From positions 27,936 to 91,935 of the forward strand of contig JAMCUI010000012.1 of assembly GCA_023379265.1 (NCBI GenBank): a DNA stretch of 64,000 nt, read 5' to 3'. Shown here piece after piece: positions 18,701 through 29,525 of this stretch. The stretch is from Patescibacteria group bacterium (lineage in GTDB: Bacteria; Patescibacteriota; Microgenomatia; 2-02-FULL-39-11). The notes under the pieces are model-generated. The model had not been told where the DNA came from and did not search any database. It saw only the letters and a list, made by a program, of their open reading frames with translations. The position numbers were made by a program, and so were the translations under genes. The stretch's first letter is position 1. Each line of letters begins with the position of its first letter.

Positions 18701-19300
18701 TCACAATTCCAAACTACGCCACAAAATTCTGCACGCATAACTTCTGTATGGCGACCACTTTTTGCTGAATTCTTCCGCCCTTTTTATAGTCACTTCCTCC
18801 TCAAGTTTGTATAATTTCTTTATAGCTTTCCGCAAACCCAAATCTCCCGGTGAAAAAACATCTTCTTTTCCGAGAGAGAAAATAAGAAACATTTCAACTG
18901 TCCATGGACCTATTCCCTTTATTTTTGTCAGTCTTTGACGAATTTCCATTTCTTGACACTTCCCTATCTTATTCAAATCAAGCCGGCCGCTAACAATTTC
19001 CTTGGCAACTCCCTTCATGAAATTTATTTTTGAAAGAGAGGGACCAGTCTGTCTTATTTTTCCGTCACCCAGTTTCAGTAATTTCTCAGCAGTCACCAAC
19101 CCTTGGGGAAACAGTTTACTGAAACGAGCAAATATTGTCGCACTTGCTTTATCCGACAATTGTTGGTTTATGATAATTTCGCAAAGATGGGAAAAATAAT
19201 CACGGCTTGTGGAGATTTCTGAAAGAGGACGGATTTTCCCTATGACAGAAAAAAGGTCTGGATCAACTTTCCTAAAATGCTCAATTATTTTTTTATCCAT
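18701..19300 (-). CDS. HhH-GPD superfamily DNA glycosylase (AlkA / 3-methyladenine glycosylase II-like).
   Basis: Helix-hairpin-helix IKGIGPWTVEMFLIF and a downstream SPGDLGL with the catalytic Asp. Confidence 0.7.
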   Translation of the reverse strand: MDKKIIEHFRKVDPDLFSVIGKIRPLSEISTSRDYFSHLCEIIINQQLSDKASATIFARFSKLFPQGLVTAEKLLKLGDGKIRQTGPSLSKINFMKGVAKEIVSGRLDLNKIGKCQEMEIRQRLTKIKGIGPWTVEMFLIFSLGKEDVFSPGDLGLRKAIKKLYKLEEEVTIKRAEEFSKKWSPYRSYACRILWRSLEL

Positions 19301-19420
19301 GAATTATCCACTACGATTATTGGAAAAGAATGGGTGATACGCGCCAAGTGCACTAAAAACTTGCGACCAAATTTTTAGAGTGGCGAGCGACAGAACCCGA
19401 AAATAATTCATAATTTTTAA

Positions 19421-20323
19421 TTAAAACCAACCTTTCTTCTTCTTGTCTTCTTCATTAAATTGTTGCAGTAATTCTTTTTGCCGTCCAGAAAGCTTTGTGG
19501 GAACCAACACTTTTAACCTGACATAGTGGTCTCCCCGTCCGCTACCCCGCACATGAGGTACTCCTTTCCCTCTAAGTCTTATAAGAGTACCTGGCTGTGT
19601 CCCCGGTTGCACCTTGAGATTTAGCGGCCCATCTATTGTTGGTACGGAAATCACATCACCCAAAGCCGCCTGGCTGAAACTCACATCCGCATCAGAAACT
19701 AGATCATAACCTTCTCTTCTGAATCTTGAGTCACGCTGTACCTCGACTATGACATCATAATCGGAAAAACGGATATGCGTACCATTGTCTACCCCTGCCG
19801 GGATCTTGATTTTTTGGGATTTCCCTTCTATCTCCACTTCTTTCTCCGTACCCTTGACTGCTTCCATAAAATCTATTGTTAACTGGTAGACAGACCGTCT
19901 TTTTGATCTCTGTCTGCCACCAAATGGTGACCCGCCGAAAAACTGTTCAAATATCTCGAAGGGATCGGAAAACCCGCCGAAATCCACTCCCTCAAAGGGA
20001 GAACCTCCGCCGTAAGTGCTGTAAGTATAAGTAAAAGGACCGTATCTTCCAGTCTGTTGTCCGCCAAAAGGCCCTTGTCCTGCCGCACTAAAACCGCTGC
20101 CAGGAGCAAAAGCTGATTCCCCATATTGGTCATACATCTCTTTTTTCTTGGGATCGGAAAGCACTTCATATGCTTTATTTATTTCCTTAAATTTTTCAGT
20201 TGCCTCAGCGCTTTTATTCCTATCTGGATGCCATTCTAGAGCAAGCTTTCTATAGGCGCGCTTTATCTCCGCCTCTGAAGCGCCCTTTTGTACACCCAAA
20301 ATCTCGTAAAAATCCTTGGCCAT
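19421..20323 (-). CDS. dnaJ: J-domain co-chaperone (DnaJ/CbpA-like), with G/F-rich region and C-terminal substrate-binding domains but no CxxCxGxG zinc finger.
   Basis: DFYEILGV...HPDRN J-domain with HPD, then a GGF-rich stretch. Confidence 0.8.
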   Translation of the reverse strand: MAKDFYEILGVQKGASEAEIKRAYRKLALEWHPDRNKSAEATEKFKEINKAYEVLSDPKKKEMYDQYGESAFAPGSGFSAAGQGPFGGQQTGRYGPFTYTYSTYGGGSPFEGVDFGGFSDPFEIFEQFFGGSPFGGRQRSKRRSVYQLTIDFMEAVKGTEKEVEIEGKSQKIKIPAGVDNGTHIRFSDYDVIVEVQRDSRFRREGYDLVSDADVSFSQAALGDVISVPTIDGPLNLKVQPGTQPGTLIRLRGKGVPHVRGSGRGDHYVRLKVLVPTKLSGRQKELLQQFNEEDKKKKGWF

Positions 20324-22232
20324 AATCTCTTATTTTATCAAAAAAAGCGCTAAACGCGCTTTGAATAAATCTTAATCGTGTTTTAACCTAGAGAATCAAC
20401 ACACCACACCACACAAACTAACTAAATCATCTTAAACTTTATATAAAGATGTATATTATCACTTTACAAATATTTAACCACACCTCGCAACTCACAATCA
20501 ATAAAAACTAACTTACCACTTCCCCTTCCTGGATATCTTCCTTCTTGTCTTTTTTATCCTTTTTCTCTTCCTTTTCCTCCTTGTTGTCTCCTGCCTGCTG
20601 CTGGGTTTGCTGGGACTGCTGCTGATACATCGCCTGCCCGATCTTCTGAAGGGAATCGGATAGATCTTTTGTCTTTGTCTCCAAATCTTCCTTGGTTCCC
20701 GTCTCCAGAATTGATTTTAATGCCGAAATTTTCTCATCAACTTCCTTTTTGACATCGGCGGCTACTTTATCGCCTGCATCTTTAAGCGACTTTTCAGCCA
20801 CATATATCATATTGTCTGCCTTGTTACGGGCCTCCACTTTGCCTTTTTTAGCCTCATCTTCTGCAGCATGGGCTTCAGCTTCCTTGGTCATTTTTTCAAT
20901 TTCGTCCTTTGAAAGCCCTGTGGAACCAGTAATTTTGATACTCTGACTCTTACCAGTTGCTTTATCTTTGGCTGAGACGCTCAATATACCGTTTGCATCA
21001 ATATCAAAAGTGACTTCTACCTGTGGGATACCGCGCGGCGCAGGAGGTATACCATCAAGTATAAATCGGCCCAATGATTTGTTATCAGCAGCCATGGGCC
21101 TCTCCCCTTGAAGGACATTTATTTCTACAGATGTCTGGTTGTCTGCGGCTGTTGAAAATACCTCTGTTTTTGATGTCGGCACAGTCGTATTTCTGGTTAT
21201 AAGAGGAGTCAGGACCCCTCCGTATGTCTCCACCCCCAGTGTCAGGGGCGTCACATCCAAAAGCACTACATCCCGCACTTCCCCTGTCAGTACACCTGCT
21301 TGTACTGCAGCACCAATAGCTACGACTTCATCTGGATTGACAGTACGGTTGGGATCTTTACCGAAATACTCCTTTACTTTCTCAATGACCTTAGGCATTC
21401 TGGTCATTCCGCCAACCAAGACAATTTCATCAATCTTGTCTTTTGTTATCTTGGCATCCTTAAGACAAGCTTCAACCGGACCGATTGTATTATCAATCAA
21501 ATCGCCAACTATTGATTCCAGTTTGGCTCGGGTCAACTTGTGCACGAGGTGTAAAGGTCCCTCCTTTCCCTGGGTTATAAACGGCAAGTTTATCTCTGTT
21601 TCCAGACTGCTTGAAAGCTCTATTTTTGCTTTCTCAGCTGCGTCACGCAAACGTTGAAGTGCCTGAGGATCTTTTCTCAAATCTACATTGTTTTCTTTCT
21701 TGAATTCATCAGCCAGATATTCAAGGATTTTCTTATCAAAATCGTCTCCTCCCAGGTGAGTATCCCCGTTGGTAGCCTTGACTTCATAAACACCTTCACC
21801 CAATTCCAGAACCGATATATCAAAAGTGCCTCCACCAAGATCGTAAACCGCCACAGTATGGGCATGTTTTTTGTCCAAACCGTAAGCAAGTGCAGCAGCT
21901 GTGGGCTCATTTAGAATTCTCTTTACTGTCAGACCAGCGATTTCCCCCGCCTGTTTGGTAGCTTGCCTTTGCGAATCATCAAAATATGCTGGAACCGTAA
22001 TGACCGCTTCACTCACTTTTTCGCCTATATGGTTTTCCGCGTCTGTCTTTATCTTTTGCAGAATCATGGCTGAGATTTCCTGAGGAGTAAAAGTTTTACC
22101 CTCAACCTCGACAACAGCCATTCCTTCACGGCCACTTTTTATCGCATACGGAAGCCATTTGATGTCATACTGGACTGACTTATCTGAAAATTTGCGACCC
22201 ATCAATCTTTTCACTGAAAAGATTGTCGATTT

Positions 22233-22509
<277 letters not shown>

Positions 22510-22549
22510 TTATTCAAATAACAATTAACAAATAACAATAAACAAATTT

Positions 22550-23059
22550 TCAGTTCGAGCTATTGTTTTCTGTTATCTGTTCCTTGTTTTCTGGATTACT
22601 CTTCCCGACTTTGACTTTTGCCACCCTGATAATTTTGTCTCCCAATTTATATCCCGGCAGCAATTCCTCAATCACATTGTCATCTTTACCGTCTCCTACC
22701 ACTTCTACACACTCCATTTCATTCGGATCAAATCTTTTTCCTTTTGTTTCAAGCTTTCTTACGCCCCTCCCAGAAAGCACATTCCAGAAACTTTTCAATC
22801 CTAAAGTCAACCCCTGATCGTTTATATGTTTTTCAGCCTTCTCCAGTACATCTATAACCGGTAGAAATTCTACTATAATACTCTCCAGTGCATTTTGCAT
22901 CATATCCTGACGCATCTGTGCCACCCTTTTTTCCAAATTCTGGTAATCAGCCAAGGCTCTTAAATATTTGGCTTTCCATTCTTCCGCTTCTTTTTTTATC
23001 TTATCGTCTGCCGCGGATGGATGTATACTCAATGGCTGGTTATCAGTCTTCTTATTCAT
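22550..23059 (-). CDS. grpE: Nucleotide exchange factor GrpE.
   Basis: Coiled-coil N-terminus with YLRALADYQNLEKR and a C-terminal beta domain. Sits between hrcA and dnaK. Confidence 0.8.
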   Translation of the reverse strand: MNKKTDNQPLSIHPSAADDKIKKEAEEWKAKYLRALADYQNLEKRVAQMRQDMMQNALESIIVEFLPVIDVLEKAEKHINDQGLTLGLKSFWNVLSGRGVRKLETKGKRFDPNEMECVEVVGDGKDDNVIEELLPGYKLGDKIIRVAKVKVGKSNPENKEQITENNSSN

Positions 23060-23077
23060 CTCTCAATTTTTGGAAAA

Positions 23078-23809
23078 TTACCAATTTGGAGCCACTTCTT
23101 TTATAAGCTGACCCATATACCGCACCATAGGAACAATCCGTGGGTAATTCAACCGGGATGGACCAACCACCCCAATTGCTCCCTGGTGTGAAGGGGAAAC
23201 AAACCTTATGAAAACCCCACCACATTGACTAAGTATCCTGCTTCCTGACGCTTCGCCAAGAAATACAGTCACCGGATCTTCCCCAGACTCCAGACGGGAA
23301 AATATATTCCACCAATAGCTGTATTCATCCAACGTGTTTAATAGATGCTTAGTCATATCTATATCGAAAAATTCAGGCATATCAAGAATATTACTGACGC
23401 CTGCAGCATAGATATCTCCTTCATCAGTGGCAGCCAGTGACATCGTCTTTGTCTGTTCAGCTAGTTCCCTTGTGGCTTCCCTCAGAAGCTTTTCCATACG
23501 GTTGCGGTATTCCCAAATATCCTGCTTGACTTTCACTTCTTCCGCTACAGACAGATCGTGAGGTTTCATAAGATTGTTCACATAAAGCTTCAAGGCAACG
23601 GGCGTAGGAGTTCTTCCAGCTGAAGTATGAGGTTGTTTCAGATATCCTGTCTGAGTAAGCCTGACCATTTCGTTTCTTATCGTGGCCGGAGAAATGCCCA
23701 AATTATACTTCTTATCCAAAGTCTCGGAACCTACCGGTTCGGCGGTATTTATATATTCCTCAATTATTGCTTTCAGTATTTGTGTTTGCCTGTCCGTCAA
23801 ATCGCTCAT
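23078..23809 (-). CDS. hrcA: Heat-inducible transcription repressor HrcA (short form).
   Basis: N-terminal winged helix LTDRQTQILKAIIEEYINTAEPVGSETL. A CIRCE operator lies immediately upstream. Confidence 0.8.
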   Translation of the reverse strand: MSDLTDRQTQILKAIIEEYINTAEPVGSETLDKKYNLGISPATIRNEMVRLTQTGYLKQPHTSAGRTPTPVALKLYVNNLMKPHDLSVAEEVKVKQDIWEYRNRMEKLLREATRELAEQTKTMSLAATDEGDIYAAGVSNILDMPEFFDIDMTKHLLNTLDEYSYWWNIFSRLESGEDPVTVFLGEASGSRILSQCGGVFIRFVSPSHQGAIGVVGPSRLNYPRIVPMVRYMGQLIKEVAPNW

Positions 23810-23851
23810 TTTCAGAAATTAAATTTATAATGTTTCTCAGGTTAGCACTAA

Positions 23852-23878
23852 GATAACATGACTGCTAAAGTTTGTCAA
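23852..23878 (-). promoter_or_regulatory. CIRCE operator (HrcA binding site) overlapping the hrcA-operon promoter.
   Basis: TTAGCACTA-N9-GACTGCTAA, against the consensus TTAGCACTC-N9-GAGTGCTAA. Minus-strand -35 TTGACA (plus 23883-23888), 17-nt spacer, -10 TATCTT. Confidence 0.7.
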
Positions 23879-23923
23879 GTTTAATTATTTGCAGTATATC
23901 TTCAACATGCTACTATAAAATTA

Positions 23924-25867
23924 ATGCGTAAGAATTTAATTTATATAATTCTGGCAACTATTTCTTTACCTTTAGTAATTTTTGCCGGGAACCAGATTGT
24001 AGGACTCATCAGCCGAGCGGCTCCCCAACCAGCAAATATCATTATTGACACCAAAAACAGCACTGGAGTCCTAAATCCCTCATGGGAGGCCTTTGCCCAG
24101 GGAGGAGAAGAACCGCCACCAATGCTCACACGCGTAGTGACGCAACTGCGGACATTAAAACCCAGATATGTCAGGATTGACCATATATATGACTCTTATT
24201 CCATCATACAAAAAAACGGCAATAATATCGTCTATGATTTCTCACGTCTGGACCAAACAGTCAATGACATCCTGGATGCTGGGGCGCTGCCCTTTTTCAG
24301 TCTTTCATATATGCCACGGGAGCTTACCGGAACAAATTCCGTCATAGATACACCCGTAAACTGGGATTATTGGAAAAATCTGGTACAAGCGACAGTTGAA
24401 CACTATAGCGGCAAGAAATTCCGTAATCTTAATAATGTTTATTATGAAGTCTGGAACGAACCTGAGCTGCCGCAGTTTGGCAACTGGTCACTGTCTGGCA
24501 ACAAGGACTACAGAATGCTTTATTATTATGCCCAGGCTGGAGCTGTCCTGGCCCAGGATGTCAATAAATTTTATATTGGTGGACCGGCAGTGGGATCTTA
24601 TTACCCCAGCTGGGTAAACAGCTTTCTCTCTTATATCAGTCAAAACAACTTGCGTCTGGACTTCTACTCCTGGCACAGATATACAAAAAGATCTTCTGAT
24701 TATGTCTCAGATATCAAAAATATCAGAGGCAACATTTCAAACTTTCCCAAATATAAAGATATTCCCCTTATATTATCAGAATGGGGATTAGATTCCGCCA
24801 ATAGTGAAATGAATAATACTGATGCGACAGCCGCATTTAGTGTAAATACCATTGCGGAAATAGGAGACAAGGTAGATTTGGCGTTTGCTTTTGAGATAAA
24901 GGACGGCCCGCCACCTGGTGGCGGCAAGTGGGGCCTTATCACACATGAAAACGGTAATCCTCCTCTTTCACCCAAACCGCGATTTAAGGCTTTTGAAGCT
25001 CTAGCCAATCTGGATAGAGGCAATAAAGTCTATATCTCAGGACAAGGTACTTTCGTCAAGGCTATTGCCACCAATGACGCTAACACAATTAGGGTCATAC
25101 TGAGTAATTATGATCTGACCAGCAATAATACAGAAAATGTTCCTGTCACTTTCACCGGTCTTTCTCCATCATCCTATAATCTCAAATACAAATATCCCTT
25201 AACACAATCAGGTGGGAATTATGAAATCACTTCAACCAATGGCGCAATCACCAAAAACATCCCTATGCCTCCCAATTCCATCGTCTATCTGGAATTATCT
25301 CCTATCTCACCATTGGCCACTTTTATTCCCGGGGCAAGTGGCAAACCTGATGATGAAGCATTGGTACTTCAGAAAAATTCCGATCCTTTAGTCTTCAGTT
25401 CACCAGAATTTCACATTTTACCATCTGGAAAAATCAGTTTTGATATAAAACCCCTGTGGGATAAAAACGATACTGACCCCAAAATCATTTTTGAAGCGCC
25501 TTTTGCAACCGAAAGCGGGACTCTGCAGAAAATATTTTTGAGAAAAGAATCTTCCCCTTCATTCTCACAGCTGACGTTTGGTATCGAGAACACCTCTTCC
25601 TTATCCTCAAATCCGACAACTGTGACGCTACCTGCCAATACACTTCAAGATGGCAGCTGGCATAGGATTACGGTTGGTTGGGATCCCAATCAAATCTATA
25701 TGTTTCTGGACGACACCGAAAAAATACAGCTTCCGGTCACAACCGATATCCGTAATGGCAGAATTGTCACTTTTTATCCTGTAAACGATGCGATTGACAA
25801 TCTATCAATTGTGCTTGGTAAAGAACAGCTTATCGGATGGACTTTTGGCGGGAGGGTAGACAGATAA
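23924..25867 (+). CDS. Secreted clan GH-A glycoside hydrolase (GH39/GH5-like TIM barrel) with a C-terminal beta-sandwich/lectin-like domain.
   Basis: Signal/anchor N-terminus, and YYEVWNEPEL (acid/base NEP motif) with a downstream ILSEWG nucleophile region. Confidence 0.55.
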   Translation: MRKNLIYIILATISLPLVIFAGNQIVGLISRAAPQPANIIIDTKNSTGVLNPSWEAFAQGGEEPPPMLTRVVTQLRTLKPRYVRIDHIYDSYSIIQKNGNNIVYDFSRLDQTVNDILDAGALPFFSLSYMPRELTGTNSVIDTPVNWDYWKNLVQATVEHYSGKKFRNLNNVYYEVWNEPELPQFGNWSLSGNKDYRMLYYYAQAGAVLAQDVNKFYIGGPAVGSYYPSWVNSFLSYISQNNLRLDFYSWHRYTKRSSDYVSDIKNIRGNISNFPKYKDIPLILSEWGLDSANSEMNNTDATAAFSVNTIAEIGDKVDLAFAFEIKDGPPPGGGKWGLITHENGNPPLSPKPRFKAFEALANLDRGNKVYISGQGTFVKAIATNDANTIRVILSNYDLTSNNTENVPVTFTGLSPSSYNLKYKYPLTQSGGNYEITSTNGAITKNIPMPPNSIVYLELSPISPLATFIPGASGKPDDEALVLQKNSDPLVFSSPEFHILPSGKISFDIKPLWDKNDTDPKIIFEAPFATESGTLQKIFLRKESSPSFSQLTFGIENTSSLSSNPTTVTLPANTLQDGSWHRITVGWDPNQIYMFLDDTEKIQLPVTTDIRNGRIVTFYPVNDAIDNLSIVLGKEQLIGWTFGGRVDR

Positions 25868-25870
25868 ATA

Positions 25871-27535
25871 TCAGACGTTTGACTCTTGTACGTTTACAAC
25901 TTCCTGGGTAGTATCTATTAACACTCCTCTTCTAAATTCCTTGGCTCTCTTTATCATTTTGTAAAAGACGCTGATTTGGGGCACCTCCAGAAACCAGGAA
26001 AGGAAAAGGTATACGGACATGCCAGCAAGAGTGGCGATTCCCGTCAGAAATAAAAGATTGATTGTTTTTGTCGTATCAAAAACGAGCTGATCCAAAAGCT
26101 TCATGGGGATATACAACACTACTCCTGTTACAATTCCGGAGAGAAATATTTTTACCGCCGGCAGAATAAATTCTATTTTTGCGAAGCTTCCCACTTTTCT
26201 ATCCAAGAAAAAAGTCAGAAGAATTATCTGGGCAATACTGGCAATGGAAGTGGACAATCCCAAAGACCAAACATCCATATGAAGATTGAGGACAAAAATA
26301 AGTGATAATACAGTATTTAAACCGACCGATACTCCCCCTATAACAACAGGAGTTTTTGTATCATGAAGAGCGTAAAATGCCCTGGCTAAAAGCTGTATGA
26401 GTGACTGGGCAAAAAGGGAGATACTGAAATATGCCAGAGTTTTCCCCGTTATGACTGTACTATTCCAATCAAATAAAGTAGAAGCCCCGAAGACCAATCT
26501 GACCATAGGAATACGTAGGACTATAAGAATTGCCGAAATAGGAATAACCAGAAAAAGAATCTGGTGAAAAGCGGCAAGGAAAGTATTTTTGAATTCATCC
26601 ATATTCTTCTTGGCGTATAAAGATGAAAGGGATGGCAGAGTCGCTTGAGCAATACTGGCACCAAAAAGTCCAATTGGCACCTGCTGCAAATGCTGGGCAA
26701 AATTAAAAACCGTAACTGAAGCTGCTCCCAGAAGTGTTGATAGGATTAGATCAACTGTGGCATCAATCTGGGAAACTGCCAATCCCAAAGTTCGGGGCAA
26801 CATTAGTTTTCCCACTTCTCGTGTACCGGGGTTTGAAAGTGAAAGACTCCAATGATGCTTATATCCAAGTGACAAAACAAGCGGCACCTGTATAACGGTA
26901 AACAATACTGCCCCAATTACAACTCCTATTACCGGTGCATAAAGTCCTAAAAAGGGCGTCAGGAAGATGATACCCAAAATTATTCCTACGTTGTAAACTA
27001 CAGGCGCGAGTGACGGGATTATAAAATTCCTAAACGATTCTAGAATCCCCGTAAAAAAGTTGCCTATGATAAGCGGAAAAACCTGAGCTAAAATCATTAT
27101 TTGAGTGAACGAAGCCATAAGCGTTATTTCATGTCCGTCAAACCCCGGAGCCAGCAACATGGAAATCTGCCGAGCAAAAAATACGACCGGAAGGGAAAAG
27201 ATTACAAAAATCACCAGTCCCACATTTATAAGAGATGCAGCCATTTTGAAGGCTGCTTCCTTTCCCTTATTGTCCAGGTGATCGGTAAAAACAGGTATAA
27301 AAGCTGTTGCCAGAACCCCCATCACCAGAAGCTCAAAAATCATATTTGGGAGTCTGAATGCGGCATAGTATATGCCTAAATCCGACGGAGTAAACCTTGC
27401 CGCCAGAAGCCTGTCTCTAAATAATCCAAGCACTCTTGAGAGCGCTACCGTCACCATGATGATTGAGGCGGCAGAAAAGACACTATTTTGCCGGTGGGTT
27501 AAAATACGCAGAGTGTGTTTAAATAGCTTGACCAT
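25871..27535 (-). CDS. murJ: Lipid II flippase MurJ (MviN).
   Basis: 14-TM MOP-superfamily protein. N-terminal region ...SAASIIMVTVALSRVLGLFRDRLLAARFTPSDLGIYYAAFRLP matches the MurJ family. Confidence 0.8.
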   Translation of the reverse strand: MVKLFKHTLRILTHRQNSVFSAASIIMVTVALSRVLGLFRDRLLAARFTPSDLGIYYAAFRLPNMIFELLVMGVLATAFIPVFTDHLDNKGKEAAFKMAASLINVGLVIFVIFSLPVVFFARQISMLLAPGFDGHEITLMASFTQIMILAQVFPLIIGNFFTGILESFRNFIIPSLAPVVYNVGIILGIIFLTPFLGLYAPVIGVVIGAVLFTVIQVPLVLSLGYKHHWSLSLSNPGTREVGKLMLPRTLGLAVSQIDATVDLILSTLLGAASVTVFNFAQHLQQVPIGLFGASIAQATLPSLSSLYAKKNMDEFKNTFLAAFHQILFLVIPISAILIVLRIPMVRLVFGASTLFDWNSTVITGKTLAYFSISLFAQSLIQLLARAFYALHDTKTPVVIGGVSVGLNTVLSLIFVLNLHMDVWSLGLSTSIASIAQIILLTFFLDRKVGSFAKIEFILPAVKIFLSGIVTGVVLYIPMKLLDQLVFDTTKTINLLFLTGIATLAGMSVYLFLSWFLEVPQISVFYKMIKRAKEFRRGVLIDTTQEVVNVQESNV

Positions 27536-27636
27536 AAGCCCAGTCTTTAGTATACTATTACAACGTCAGTTAATAAATGATTTGTAGATTAGTTCATTGT
27601 AATCCCGATTTATCAGTTTTCTGACATCATAAATCT

Positions 27637-27945
27637 ATGCCTATCATAAAAAGCGCCAAAAAGAAACTTCGCCAGGATAAAATCAGGACAAAACAAAACT
27701 TACTGATAAAAAAGGCTGTCAAATCGGCTATTTCAGTTTTCAAGAAAAAACCGACTCCAAAAATGCTGGAAAAAGTCTACAGTCTTTTGGATAACGCCGT
27801 GAAGAAAAATATATTCCATAAAAACAAATCAGCCAGGCTAAAATCAAACCTTTCCAAACTTCTAGGGAAAAAGCCATTACCGCAAAAGACTCAGGAGCCA
27901 AAATCGCCTACCAGAAAAGCCAAAAGCAAAAAATCCTCAAGTTAA
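27637..27945 (+). CDS. rpsT: 30S ribosomal protein S20 (bS20).
   Basis: MPIIKSAKKKLRQDKIRTKQN start, highly basic, with a Lys-rich C-terminal extension. Confidence 0.8.
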   Translation: MPIIKSAKKKLRQDKIRTKQNLLIKKAVKSAISVFKKKPTPKMLEKVYSLLDNAVKKNIFHKNKSARLKSNLSKLLGKKPLPQKTQEPKSPTRKAKSKKSSS

Positions 27946-28091
27946 CTCACATATATTTATCTCCAACCTTTTTTACAGAACTACTTTATAGTGCTGGTTA
28001 GAATTCCGTTGTATAATGAATTGAATAATAACGCGGATTCCCAAAAGGGTTTGCCGCGGGTTATTGTAATTGAATAAGACTTAAAAAACCT

Positions 28092-28649
28092 ATGCCTGCC
28101 GCCAAAAAAAAAGTAAACATTAACCTAATTGTAAAAGAAGATGTAGATGAGTCATTCTCAGGCCAAGCCTTATCATGGGCACTTACTTATGGACGTTATA
28201 TCATAATCATCACCCAAATAGTCGTCCTGTCAGTTTTTTTCCTGCGTTTCAAACTTGACCGCGACCATACCGATTTAAAAGATTCCGTTTCACAAAAACA
28301 AGCGTTGGTGGAATCAATCTCTGATCTGGAAGGTAATATTAGACAAGTGCAGGCTAAATTAGCTTATATAGGTCAGGTGACCAATAATCAGGATGCTATC
28401 CTAAAAATCATCAGATTTTTGCAAAACCTGACACCATCTGATACCGTCTACTCCACCCTTTCAATAAACGCTACCAGCCTCAGTTTTAACGCCACATCCG
28501 GAAATTTGCGAAGTTTCAACTTTTTCCTCCGGCAACTACAACAGGATAATAAACTGACTGAGGTCACCCTGAATGATATCCAGCGGCAACCTGACGGAAG
28601 AATATCGTTCAAGATTACTGCAAATGTGAATATAAACAAATTTAGGTAA
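28092..28649 (+). CDS. PilN-like bitopic membrane protein (type IV pilus / fimbrial assembly family).
   Basis: Short cytoplasmic N-terminus, one TM segment, a coiled-coil and an alpha/beta periplasmic-type domain. Paired with a PilO-like gene. Confidence 0.45.
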   Translation: MPAAKKKVNINLIVKEDVDESFSGQALSWALTYGRYIIIITQIVVLSVFFLRFKLDRDHTDLKDSVSQKQALVESISDLEGNIRQVQAKLAYIGQVTNNQDAILKIIRFLQNLTPSDTVYSTLSINATSLSFNATSGNLRSFNFFLRQLQQDNKLTEVTLNDIQRQPDGRISFKITANVNINKFR

Positions 28650-28725
28650 ATTGTATACATTGGAACATGACGGAAGAATATCGTTCAAGATTACTGCAAA
28701 TGTGAATATAAACAAATTTAGGTAA
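28588..28725. repeat. Direct repeat: the last ~60 nt of the pilN-like gene (including its TAA) are duplicated 76 bp downstream.
   Basis: aac[c/a]tgacggaagaatatcgttcaagattactgcaaatgtgaatataaacaaatttaggtaa occurs at 28588-28649 and 28664-28725, with an 18-nt spacer. Confidence 0.85.
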
Positions 28726-28732
28726 CAAAGTT

Positions 28733-29347
28733 ATGGTTAAAAGACCGACATTTTATCATCCTACTTTCGGAGCAGCCTACCAAAGGTTTATGCCCATCAT
28801 AAAAAGCAAAAAGTCAAAATCATACCTTACATTAACTTTGACTTTCATATCTCTCTCGATATTCGGGCTTTTTGCCATACGGCCCACCCTTATCACTGCC
28901 ATTTCTCTTTATAAGGATGTTGGCGACCTACAGGCTTTGAACATCCAATACGAAAATAAGATTGGAAGCCTCATAAGAGCCCAATCGTCTTATGAACAGA
29001 TAAGGGATGACCTACCTCTAATCGATGCAGCTATCCCAACAAATACCGATTTCAGCAAGCTTGCCAGATCAATAGAAAATTTTGCAAATAAGGAAAACCT
29101 TATCATTAACCAGATGCAGATTGACAATGTCTCAATTTCCCATCTGCCATCAACTGGAAGACTGAGCAACTACGGATTTAATATGATCGCCACAGGAGAT
29201 TTTAACTCTATTACTAATTTCCTGACTCATCTTATAAACTGGAGAAGGATAGTAAATATCAGCTCGTTGGAACTGTCACACGAAGGAGGCACACAGAGTG
29301 CCAATTTGAGGATGCAAATCAGAGCCATTACTTACTATGAACCGTAA
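28733..29347 (+). CDS. PilO-like bitopic membrane protein.
   Basis: Basic N-terminus, one TM segment, then a coiled-coil plus two ferredoxin-like repeats typical of the PilN/PilO fold. Confidence 0.4.
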   Translation: MVKRPTFYHPTFGAAYQRFMPIIKSKKSKSYLTLTLTFISLSIFGLFAIRPTLITAISLYKDVGDLQALNIQYENKIGSLIRAQSSYEQIRDDLPLIDAAIPTNTDFSKLARSIENFANKENLIINQMQIDNVSISHLPSTGRLSNYGFNMIATGDFNSITNFLTHLINWRRIVNISSLELSHEGGTQSANLRMQIRAITYYEP

Positions 29348-29525
29348 AGAAATTATGATCATGGCTTTAATAATTTTGCTGACTGTAGCAGCATGGATTG
29401 TCTTTGGCGTATATCATGCCAAAACAGAATCCAGTATTTCCCAACAGGATTTGCGTCAAGTTGTGCCGTTGACACCGACTTTTGACAATGACATAATCAA
29501 AAAACTTAGAAGCCGAGAGGAATAA
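29337..29525 (+). CDS. Small single-TM protein (62 aa), hypothetical.
   Basis: TM segment IMALIILLTVAAWIVFGVY. Tightly packed between the PilO-like gene and the FN3 protein gene. Confidence 0.3.
   Translation: MNRKEIMIMALIILLTVAAWIVFGVYHAKTESSISQQDLRQVVPLTPTFDNDIIKKLRSREE

Noticed and set aside
19301-19420. CIRCE-like words (GTGCACTAA ... TTAGAGTG) between alkA-like and dnaJ.
   Set aside because: The halves face outward rather than forming the TTAGCACTC-N9-GAGTGCTAA inverted repeat. It is at best an AT-rich weak hairpin after the dnaJ stop.
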